This document shows positions 7,300-15,982 of a stretch of DNA of 32,641 nucleotides, piece by piece; the stretch's first letter is position 1; each line of letters starts with the position of its first letter. Under the pieces are notes generated by a model that saw nothing but the letters and a program-made list of their open reading frames with translations, made no database searches and was not told where the DNA came from. Where the stretch lies: positions 1-32,641 of the IMG/VR virus record IMGVR_UViG_3300044657_000862. One strand, 5' to 3'. The position numbers and the translations under genes were made by a program. The DNA is from a virus (taxonomy: Duplodnaviria > Caudoviricetes).

Positions 7300-9375
7300 A
7301 TGCCGCGTTCAGCGCCAATATTGACTAATTTTACGGCGGGCGAACTTTCGCCGCGCCTTGAGGGCCGCGTTGACCTTCAGAAATATCCCAACGGCTGTCA
7401 AACGCTTGAGAATATGATTGTGCAAAAGCACGGTCCAGCATCTCGCCGGGGCGGTTTTTATTTTTCTGCCGAAGTGAAAGATAGCAGCAAAAAGACTCGC
7501 ATTCTTCCGTTCGAGTTTAGCGCCACTCAGGCTTACGTTATTGAATTTGGCGATCAGTACGTTCGGTTCTACAAAAACTATGGTCAGATTCAGTCTGGGC
7601 CGTTTGATGAGGTGTTTGCGGCAGAATTTAATGTTGGCGCAGCATACGAAATAGCAACGCCCTACCTTGAGGCAGAGCTGTTTGAGTTGGTAATCACGCA
7701 GTCTGCTGATGTCCTGTACATCGCTCACAAGAACCACGAACCGCGAACATTGTCCCGGTTGGGTGACACAAACTGGGCGCTAGACATCATTCAGTTTCTG
7801 GACGGCCCATATGACGCCGTAAACGCCACAGAGACGACGTTTGGCCTTTCTGCCACGTCTGGCACCGGGATCACGATAACGGCCTCTGCGGTCACTGGAA
7901 TCAACGATGGGTCTGGCTTCCTCTCGACAGACGTAGGCCGCCTGGTCCGGTTTGAGGACGCGGCAAACGACTGGACGTATTTTGAGATCACGGCGGTAAC
8001 GGATACGACGCACGTGGTCGCCGATTTTATCGGACCAAATGCTTCTGCCACAACGGCACAGACGGGCTGGCGGTTAGGCGCGTTTTCTGAAACGACAGGC
8101 TATCCGTCAGTTGTGACGTTTTTCGAGCAGCGGCTGGTCTGGGCAGCCACGACAAGCCGTCCGCAGTCGATGTTCTTCTCTGTTTCTGCTGATTATTACA
8201 ACCACGCCCCGACCGATAATGACGGGCTTGTCCTGGACGATAGCGGGTTTGTTTACACGATTGCGACCGATCAGGTAAACACGATCCGATGGATGCGGGC
8301 CGGTAAGGTTTTGTCCGTTGGGACGGCTGGCGGTGAATTTATTGTATCGCAAGGTGATCAGAACAGCCCGCTATCGCCCACGAATACCCGTGTCGTGCGT
8401 CAGACTACGTTTGGCAGCGCCGCAGTGACGCCACCGCAGGTCGGCAACTCCGTGCTGTTTTTGCAACGTGCCAACCGCAAGGTCCGGGAATACGTTTACC
8501 AGTTTGAAAGCGACGCCTATACCGCGCCCGACCTCGCTATCCTTTCGGAGCACATTACGGAAGGCGGCATTGTTGATATGGCGTATCAGCAAGAACCAGA
8601 CAGCATTGTCTGGCTGGTTCGGACAGACGGCGTTCTTGTCGGCATGACATATGAGCGGGCACAGGACGTCGTGGGTTGGCATCGTCACATTATAGGTGGG
8701 GCAGACGCTAAAGTTGAAAGCGTTGCGGTCATCCCAAACACGACCGGAAGCCGAGATGATTTGTGGGCGGTGATCCAACGCACAATCAACGGCCAATCAG
8801 TTCGGTACATTGAATTTCTAACACCGGGTATGCCTGAAGTTACAGTGAACACGACAGACGCCACATATCTCGACTCCATGCTTACTTATACCGGCGGCGC
8901 GGTTTCGGCGGTGTTTGGTTTGAGTCATCTTGAAGGTCAAACTGTTTCGGTGTTAGCAAATGGTGCAGCCCACCCAGACCGCACAGTGTCCAGCGGGTCG
9001 ATAACGCTGAACGGCTCTTATGAAGTTGTCCATGTTGGATTGCCATATACATCAACTCTGCAAACTATGCGCATTGAAGCTGGCGCAAGGGACGGCACGG
9101 CGCAGGGTAAGAAGAAGCGCATTGCCCGGGTTACATACCGGCTTTTTGATACGCTTGGATTAAAGCACGGCCCAAGCGCAGATCGTTTGGATATTATCCC
9201 TTTCCGGTCCAGCGCAGACGACATGGATGAAGCACCGGCATTGTTTACGGGCGACAAAGAGGTGGAGTTTCCGCGCAACTGGGACAAGGACGGGTATATT
9301 TTCTTGGTGCAGGACCAGCCGCTGCCGTTTACCATTCTGGCGATTATGCCAGAACTTAACACGACAAAGGTTTGA
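7300..9375 (+). CDS. Tail tubular protein B / nozzle (T7 gp12-like beta-propeller)
   Basis: Motifs NFTAGELSP.L.GR.D, G...RR.G, TQSADVLYI.H, GYPS.V.FFEQRL, W.VR.DG.L, WHRH and GLSHLEGQTV...A.G, plus synteny. Confidence 0.9.
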   Translation: MPRSAPILTNFTAGELSPRLEGRVDLQKYPNGCQTLENMIVQKHGPASRRGGFYFSAEVKDSSKKTRILPFEFSATQAYVIEFGDQYVRFYKNYGQIQSGPFDEVFAAEFNVGAAYEIATPYLEAELFELVITQSADVLYIAHKNHEPRTLSRLGDTNWALDIIQFLDGPYDAVNATETTFGLSATSGTGITITASAVTGINDGSGFLSTDVGRLVRFEDAANDWTYFEITAVTDTTHVVADFIGPNASATTAQTGWRLGAFSETTGYPSVVTFFEQRLVWAATTSRPQSMFFSVSADYYNHAPTDNDGLVLDDSGFVYTIATDQVNTIRWMRAGKVLSVGTAGGEFIVSQGDQNSPLSPTNTRVVRQTTFGSAAVTPPQVGNSVLFLQRANRKVREYVYQFESDAYTAPDLAILSEHITEGGIVDMAYQQEPDSIVWLVRTDGVLVGMTYERAQDVVGWHRHIIGGADAKVESVAVIPNTTGSRDDLWAVIQRTINGQSVRYIEFLTPGMPEVTVNTTDATYLDSMLTYTGGAVSAVFGLSHLEGQTVSVLANGAAHPDRTVSSGSITLNGSYEVVHVGLPYTSTLQTMRIEAGARDGTAQGKKKRIARVTYRLFDTLGLKHGPSADRLDIIPFRSSADDMDEAPALFTGDKEVEFPRNWDKDGYIFLVQDQPLPFTILAIMPELNTTKV

Positions 9376-9376
9376 T

Positions 9377-9913
9377 ATGTGTGAACCAGTAACGACGGCC
9401 ATGATGGCCAAGGCCGCACTGGCCACCGCAGCCGCAGGCACGGTTGTCAGCACTGTAGGCGCAATTCAGCAGGGCAAGTCGGCGCAGAACCTTGCTAATT
9501 ACAACGCGCAGCTCGCGCAGAACGATGCCATCGCGGCGCGTCAGAAGGCCGCTTTCGACGCTGCGGCGCAGGATCGTCAGGCAAGGTTGTTTGCTGGCAC
9601 CCAGCGGGCTTCTATGGCCGCTACAGGCGGCGAATTGCTTGATATGCAAGATGTCGTTGATATGAACGCAGAGGAAATAAAACTTGAGAACCTCGCGATC
9701 AAATACGGCGGCGAAATGGGTTACAGGGCAGGGCAGCAGGGCGCGGATTTGGCTAGATTCCAAGGAAAAGTGGCAAAGCAAACGGCGCAAGGCCAAGCCG
9801 CAAGTTCGCTTCTGACAGGCGCGTCTTCGGTTGCTGGTATGGGCGCAAAGTATTCTCGTCTGACCGCTAAACCCACAACCAATAACTATTTTGGCGTTGA
9901 CCCTTATTTATAA
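9377..9913 (+). CDS. Internal virion / ejection protein (T7 gp14-like)
   Basis: The true start is probably the ATG at 9377 (MCEPVT..., a typical N-terminus). Ala/Gln/Gly-rich helical protein following the nozzle gene. Confidence 0.8.
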   Translation: MCEPVTTAMMAKAALATAAAGTVVSTVGAIQQGKSAQNLANYNAQLAQNDAIAARQKAAFDAAAQDRQARLFAGTQRASMAATGGELLDMQDVVDMNAEEIKLENLAIKYGGEMGYRAGQQGADLARFQGKVAKQTAQGQAASSLLTGASSVAGMGAKYSRLTAKPTTNNYFGVDPYL

Positions 9914-9981
9914 TTTCATTGAGATGGGTCTTTGACAAATTAGCTGAGCGCGAAGTATCTACAGAACGAGGTTCTTGAGAA

Positions 9982-12042
9982 ATGGCAATGGTTCCGAAAT
10001 ACACAAGCAGGGCATCTGTTCCCGGCAGAACCGGAATGCAGACTATCCCATTGTCTCTAGCGACCAGCCCGCTTATTGGGGTCGGTAAGGGGCTTATGCA
10101 AACTGCCAAAGCAAGTGAAAATTATGCAGACATTAAGAAAAAACGAGAAGAAGACGCTGAACTGCTTGAAGTTAAAAAAGCCTTAGCCACAGGCAGAGAA
10201 CAGAACACATTATATATGCTCGAAACACCAATGCAATCAGGCGGTGAAGGATTTTCTGATGGTGTCAGAGCACAAATTGATACTTGGGGCGCAAACACCG
10301 CTTCAAATTTTGAGACTGAAATTGCTCAAAATGCGTTTAATCTTGGGTGGAATGGTTTGCGTAGTGATTTGTTAATTCGTGCTTCTGTTATGCAAACAAA
10401 AGCCTATGATAAATATCGAACACAAAGCATCGAAGAAACCATAGCCGCAGAATCTTCTACTGTAAGGATTGACCCAACGCAGCTTGATCCAGTTCTTGAA
10501 GAAAGAATTAAACAAATTGAAGGAATGACTTTAGATCAAGACTCAAAAGACAAAATGATTTTTTATGCCAAAAACAGATTGGGGCTGTCGGCAATACAAG
10601 GAACTATTTCGTCCAATCCAGCAGAGGGCAAAAAACAATTAGAGGCTGGGGAATGGAATAATTTTGTTACTGGTAAACAGATGGATGCTCTTTTAAAATC
10701 TGCTGATACTGGCATAAACAAAGAAAAGGCTGAAGCGACTGTTGTTCAGTCTATGGCTTATTCTGACCTTGTTATTAAATTGTTGAATGGCGAGGGAACC
10801 AGAGAAGACCTTGATCGGTTCAGACAAAATGCGCGGGCTGATGTTTCGGTTACTGGAAAACAACTTATTACTTTAGAGCGCTTGTTTTTGAAAGATCAGT
10901 CAGAATCTGAAAAACGGGCTGCACAAATGGAGTACGGTCAGCAGGCTTTTTTAGGAAATATATCACTAAACCCAGATGATAAAACAGCCAGAGACGCTGT
11001 TAACGCCCACTATTCCGCAGTTGTTAAAGCGATTCCTCCAGAAAAATTTGTTGATTTTTCGGTAAATTATGTAGAAAGAACAGGTGTTGTTCCAGCAACA
11101 TTAGAATCAAACATTGTAGCTGGGTTAAACTCTGTTGATCCTGCTAAAATTATCCCAGCAGCAATGGTGCTTGAAAAACTTTCAAGAGCAACTAACACTA
11201 AAGCACTTCAGCAATTTCCTAACAAAAGCATTTCGTATGCACAGCAAGTTTTAGATTACAACAGAAACGGCTTGTCTGCAGAAGAATCTGTTAAAAAAGC
11301 AAACGATATGCGAAATATTCTACCTGCGGAAAAAGATAATCGCACGCGGGCGTTTCGTGAAATTGAAAAAGAGACTCCATCAACAGATGTGATTCAAGGA
11401 CTTGTGGACAAAGGCTGGTTTGAAGCAAGCACATTTAGTACGCAATCCGATCCTGTAATTAATGAAGTTATGGCTGGAGAGTTTTCACGCTTGCGAGAAC
11501 GCGAATACGTTCTAAGCGGTGATGACGAAACCGCCCAAAAAGCTGCATTCACAATGATGAGGAAAAACTGGGGCGTTACAAATATAAACGGTGACAGAAG
11601 GTTTATGAAGTACGCCCCTGAATCAATATACGGTCAGCCTAATCTTTCAGAAGAAGAAAACACCGAATGGATTCGGAACCAGTTGTTTTCTGAAGTTACG
11701 AAGGACAGTATCTATACTGAAGATTTCACATCAAATTTAATCTTGGCAGTCAACCCAAGAGTGAAAACTAAGGATGGATTTCCTGTATATTCTGTTTTAC
11801 ACAGAGACCCTGCAACCGGAATAATTAGAAATTTAGAAAAATTTAATGCTTGGGTTCCTGTCTACAGCGTAACGCCTGAATTTAAAAAATTAAATGACGA
11901 AAACGCACAAAGAATAGATGATGCGATAGAAAATGCAAAAAAACTTCGTGAGCAGCAGCGTATTTCTCAGCAAATGAGGTCTGGCGAAATACCACAAAAA
12001 TATTATGGGCCAGAACCTATTCCGACTTTAGGTGGACGTTAA
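9982..12042 (+). CDS. Internal virion / ejection protein (gp15-like position)
   Basis: 686-aa helical protein and the second of three genes between nozzle and fibre. TAATG coupling to the next gene. No catalytic motif was recognised. Confidence 0.65.
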   Translation: MAMVPKYTSRASVPGRTGMQTIPLSLATSPLIGVGKGLMQTAKASENYADIKKKREEDAELLEVKKALATGREQNTLYMLETPMQSGGEGFSDGVRAQIDTWGANTASNFETEIAQNAFNLGWNGLRSDLLIRASVMQTKAYDKYRTQSIEETIAAESSTVRIDPTQLDPVLEERIKQIEGMTLDQDSKDKMIFYAKNRLGLSAIQGTISSNPAEGKKQLEAGEWNNFVTGKQMDALLKSADTGINKEKAEATVVQSMAYSDLVIKLLNGEGTREDLDRFRQNARADVSVTGKQLITLERLFLKDQSESEKRAAQMEYGQQAFLGNISLNPDDKTARDAVNAHYSAVVKAIPPEKFVDFSVNYVERTGVVPATLESNIVAGLNSVDPAKIIPAAMVLEKLSRATNTKALQQFPNKSISYAQQVLDYNRNGLSAEESVKKANDMRNILPAEKDNRTRAFREIEKETPSTDVIQGLVDKGWFEASTFSTQSDPVINEVMAGEFSRLREREYVLSGDDETAQKAAFTMMRKNWGVTNINGDRRFMKYAPESIYGQPNLSEEENTEWIRNQLFSEVTKDSIYTEDFTSNLILAVNPRVKTKDGFPVYSVLHRDPATGIIRNLEKFNAWVPVYSVTPEFKKLNDENAQRIDDAIENAKKLREQQRISQQMRSGEIPQKYYGPEPIPTLGGR

Positions 12043-15000
12043 TGCCAATCGTCCCAGAAGATAACCTTACTTATGTCGGGCTGCGTTCTGAAAGAACTAT
12101 TGTAGCGCCCCCCGGTGATTATGAATATAATTTCTTTGAAGAAGTCGTACCTGCTGCTTTTCGCCTGGAGAACACTATTGGGTCGTTTTTGTCAGACGAA
12201 ACTGTCGGGTTAGGCGGCGTCGAAAATCAGGACTTCGACCCATTTAGCCGCCTGCGTCCCGGTGACGAGCAATATTCTAATCGTTTTGCTTTTGCCGACA
12301 CACCAGAAGAAGTTTCCAAACTGCAAGCGCAAATAGATAGAGAAACACGCGACAAAGATATTTTGAGAAGTTCCGGTGGGGTTGGCACTGTCGCCGCGAT
12401 GGCCGCTGGCGTGTTAGACCCCATAAACTTTATTCCGGTCGGCGGCGCAGCATACAGAACATACCGAGCAGGCGGATCCATCCTGCGTAACGCGGGGACC
12501 ACTGCGAGAGCGGGTCTACTGTCTTCAACTGCATCAGAAGCCTTGCTCCAGAATAATCAAATGACAAGGACGTATGGCGAAAGTGCAGCAAACATTGCGG
12601 CATCGACTGTATTTTCAGGAATATTGGGTGGCGGTGTAGCTGCGGTTCGCCGCATGATAGATGGTTCTGAGCGTTCTGTAGACGATGTCGTTGCCCAGAT
12701 AGATAACGATCTGACAGTTGGCAATGGTTCTGTAGGCGCTGCACGGGTTAAAGATTTAGACTTTGAATCAATTAGCAAGATTGAAGCAGAAGTTCGCAAA
12801 ATGGTCAAGGATGGGAAAATAGACGACGCCGAAGAAGGTATTGAAGTCGCTAAACGAATTTCCAGCGAGCTTCTTGGACGAGAAGGTATGCAGAAAAACT
12901 GGGCTGTAAACGGCGCACTTAAACTTGTTGGAAACCAAGACCCTATCTTGCGTATATTGCAAAGCCCTAGCCAGGTATCGAGGGAATTGGGACAAGAGAT
13001 GTTTGAAACACCGCTTGTGCTGGGTAAAAATGAAGTAGGAGAGGCAACCCCCGTTTCTGTTCAAGCGTTAGTGCGCGGATACGACGCTGGTAAATATCGT
13101 GCTTTGTCTGGCATGGATAATGATTTTATTCAATATGTTAAGGGCCACAGCAAAAAGTTTGGAGATATAGTAAGGTATGAATCTGGCCGGTTGCTTCATA
13201 TCAATACAGGAAAAATGTCATATAGACAATTCCGTGAAGCGGTAGGCAAGGCAGCTCGGCGTGAAGACGATGCCTCGTCTTTAAGCGGCATACCAGAAGA
13301 CGCAGTTAAATACATTAACAGCGCCGCAAAACGATTCCGATCTGAGGTCTACGACCCGGCTACGCAGAAGGCAATTGATGTGGGGTTGCTTCCAGAAGGA
13401 GTTGATCCCAAAACAGCAGCGTCATATCTCAACCGTGTTTATGACCTTGATAAATTGGCTCAACCTGAAGTTCGCGCAAGATTTATAGATGTAACCTCTG
13501 AATGGTTGGCTCGTAAGGCGGAGGATGCGCGTCAGCGTGTTGATGTATACGATATCGAAGCTGGTAAATTAAAAGACGAACTTAAAAACGTCCGCCGTGA
13601 GATAAGAGCGGTAAGCGAAGGTGTCAAAAAAGGCACAACTACAGGTACAGTAAGAGAAACCTCAGAAGTTACAGACGCGGCATTTGAAGCATTGCAAGGT
13701 CGTCTTGAAATATCAATAGATGCTGCTGCTGCTAGGATGAAATTTACAGACAAAGCAAAAGCAGCGGCTGTATCAAAATTTTTCAAAACACTTAAAAAAG
13801 AAATTTCCGAATCAGTAGATGAAGCAACGGGCGCTGCTGTTGAGCGCGAAGCAACTGAAGCATTAGATGATCTATTTGCTAAAGCAGATGATTTAATGGA
13901 TGAAGAGTTGTTGGCAATAATTAGAGACGAATTAGCAGTGGTTGGTAGAGAAGTTGCCAGCGAAGCGGCTATTTCAGCTATACCAAAAGCATTAAGATTA
14001 GCCGTCAACGAAGCATCTTTGAAGTCTCAAAAAACTTTTGAAAAATCGTTGAAGGCGCAAGAAAAGCAACTTCAAAAACTATTAAACGACCCTGCGGCTG
14101 CAACGTCAAAAGCGTTAAGCGATATACGAAAAAACATAATTAAAACTGCAAGACAAGAATCTGATATAGCGGTGCGTTCGGCTACTAAAGAACTTCGTAA
14201 AAAACTTCAAGAACAAATAAAAATATTAACGCAGCGCAAAAAACTGCAACGGCGTGATTTAAAAGAAATTGAAATGCAGCCAGAGGAGTTTCGTTCTTTG
14301 GCCGCAGAAATTTTACAGCGCATCAAGGGAACACCGGCTGGTAGGCTCCCTTATGATGTTTCGATGGATCGCATTAGCAGTGGTGGAAGGGCTTCTAGCG
14401 CTAAAGCAGGTCCATTAAAGGCTCGTGTCTTTATGATCGAAGACGAGCTTATTGAAGAATTTCTAGTAAACGACATTGAACAAGTGGCAAAACGCTTTGT
14501 TCGCGCAATAGCGCCGGACATTGAGCTAACGAAAAAGTTCGGTGATATTGAGATGACTAGCAAAATTAAAGAAATTCAAGACGACTATATGCGATTGATG
14601 GAGCGGCCAGACGCTGATGTCATAAAACTTGAAAAGCGTATGAAAGCTGACATTAGGGATATTGTCGCATTGCGTGACACCTTGCGTAACGTATATGGAA
14701 TGCCAGAAAATCCAATGGATTGGAAGGTCAGGACAGGCCGCGCATTTAGGCAGTTAAATTATATTCGTCTGTTGGGCGGAATGACGGTTTCAGCAATACC
14801 TGATATTGCAAGACCCGTTATGGTTCATGGGTTTAGCAGGGTTTTGGGGGACGCAATCGTTCCGTTGGTTAAAAACTTTTCTGCAATGGGAAAATTGACA
14901 CAGCAAATGCGAGACATGGGTCTGGCGTCAGACATGACAATGAACAGTCGTATGCAGCAACTAGCTGACGTTACAGACGACTTTTCGCGCCATACAATAA

Positions 15001-15941
15001 TTGAGCGCGGCCTTGGCGCAGCAAGCGACACTATGGGCATGGTTTCGCTTATGGCCCCGTGGAATACGGCATTTAAACAAATAACCGCTGTTGTCTCCAT
15101 GAACCGCATGATCCGTGGCATTGATGCTGAAATTGCTGGAACCATCAGCCAGGGGGAACGCGCTTATCTTCGCCAGAATTATATTGGTAAGGAAGAGGGC
15201 GTCTCTATTCGTAAGATGTTGGATGAACACGGCGACGTTGAAGGCGGCGTTCAGATGCCAAATGCGTTAAAATGGACCGACCGTAACGCTTATGATGTTT
15301 TTCAGGCTGCTTTGAATAGAGATGTTGATCGTACCATTGTTACGCCCGGCCTAGATAAGCCGCTCATGGCAACAGGTTCTGAAGTTGGGCATCATGTATT
15401 CCAGTTCAAGTCTTTCGCTATAGCGGCAACGCAACGGATTATGCTGTCTGGCCTTCAGCAGAAAGATATGGCGATGTTGAATGGTACGCTATTTGCGGTG
15501 TTTTTAGGGATGGCGTCGGCTTCGTTCAAAATGTGGGACTCTGGTCGTGGTGAAGAGCTAAAAGATTGGACAACAGAAAAATGGATTGCCGAAGGGATTG
15601 ACCGGTCAGGCGTCACTGGCTGGTTGTTTGAAGCAAACAATATGATAGAAAAAGCAACCAGAGGTAATGTCGGAGTTTCGGCGCTTACTGGCGGCAAACA
15701 AATGAGTCGATATGCTTCTAGGAATTTATCTGGAGCCTTATTGGGGCCGACTGCCGGAACACTGGACTTAATGTCCTCTGCAACCGGAAGTTTATCATCA
15801 ACAATTATCGAAGACGATGATTGGAGGGCCTCAGATACGCACGCAATGCGTAAATTGCTTCCATACCAGAACCTTTTTTTGTTTCGACAACTTCTTGATA
15901 GCGCTGAAGAGGGCATCAACAGTTCTGTTGGAGCAAAGTAG
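12042..15941 (+). CDS. Large internal virion / ejection protein (gp16-like position)
   Basis: 1299 aa with GVLDP.NFIP.GG, a Gly/Ala-rich hydrophobic N-terminal stretch, FQFKSF, and a C-terminal R.LLPYQN.F. These features are typical of large podovirus ejection proteins. Confidence 0.75.
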   Translation: MPIVPEDNLTYVGLRSERTIVAPPGDYEYNFFEEVVPAAFRLENTIGSFLSDETVGLGGVENQDFDPFSRLRPGDEQYSNRFAFADTPEEVSKLQAQIDRETRDKDILRSSGGVGTVAAMAAGVLDPINFIPVGGAAYRTYRAGGSILRNAGTTARAGLLSSTASEALLQNNQMTRTYGESAANIAASTVFSGILGGGVAAVRRMIDGSERSVDDVVAQIDNDLTVGNGSVGAARVKDLDFESISKIEAEVRKMVKDGKIDDAEEGIEVAKRISSELLGREGMQKNWAVNGALKLVGNQDPILRILQSPSQVSRELGQEMFETPLVLGKNEVGEATPVSVQALVRGYDAGKYRALSGMDNDFIQYVKGHSKKFGDIVRYESGRLLHINTGKMSYRQFREAVGKAARREDDASSLSGIPEDAVKYINSAAKRFRSEVYDPATQKAIDVGLLPEGVDPKTAASYLNRVYDLDKLAQPEVRARFIDVTSEWLARKAEDARQRVDVYDIEAGKLKDELKNVRREIRAVSEGVKKGTTTGTVRETSEVTDAAFEALQGRLEISIDAAAARMKFTDKAKAAAVSKFFKTLKKEISESVDEATGAAVEREATEALDDLFAKADDLMDEELLAIIRDELAVVGREVASEAAISAIPKALRLAVNEASLKSQKTFEKSLKAQEKQLQKLLNDPAAATSKALSDIRKNIIKTARQESDIAVRSATKELRKKLQEQIKILTQRKKLQRRDLKEIEMQPEEFRSLAAEILQRIKGTPAGRLPYDVSMDRISSGGRASSAKAGPLKARVFMIEDELIEEFLVNDIEQVAKRFVRAIAPDIELTKKFGDIEMTSKIKEIQDDYMRLMERPDADVIKLEKRMKADIRDIVALRDTLRNVYGMPENPMDWKVRTGRAFRQLNYIRLLGGMTVSAIPDIARPVMVHGFSRVLGDAIVPLVKNFSAMGKLTQQMRDMGLASDMTMNSRMQQLADVTDDFSRHTIIERGLGAASDTMGMVSLMAPWNTAFKQITAVVSMNRMIRGIDAEIAGTISQGERAYLRQNYIGKEEGVSIRKMLDEHGDVEGGVQMPNALKWTDRNAYDVFQAALNRDVDRTIVTPGLDKPLMATGSEVGHHVFQFKSFAIAATQRIMLSGLQQKDMAMLNGTLFAVFLGMASASFKMWDSGRGEELKDWTTEKWIAEGIDRSGVTGWLFEANNMIEKATRGNVGVSALTGGKQMSRYASRNLSGALLGPTAGTLDLMSSATGSLSSTIIEDDDWRASDTHAMRKLLPYQNLFLFRQLLDSAEEGINSSVGAK

Positions 15942-15982
15942 TCAAATAGGATAAGATGTTATAGAACCAAAGGAACCGAACA

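Noticed and set aside
9932-9961. Internal promoter TTGACA-18-TATCTA before the gp15-like gene
   Set aside because: The -35 is perfect, but the -10 and spacing are mediocre and there is no other support. It remains possible.
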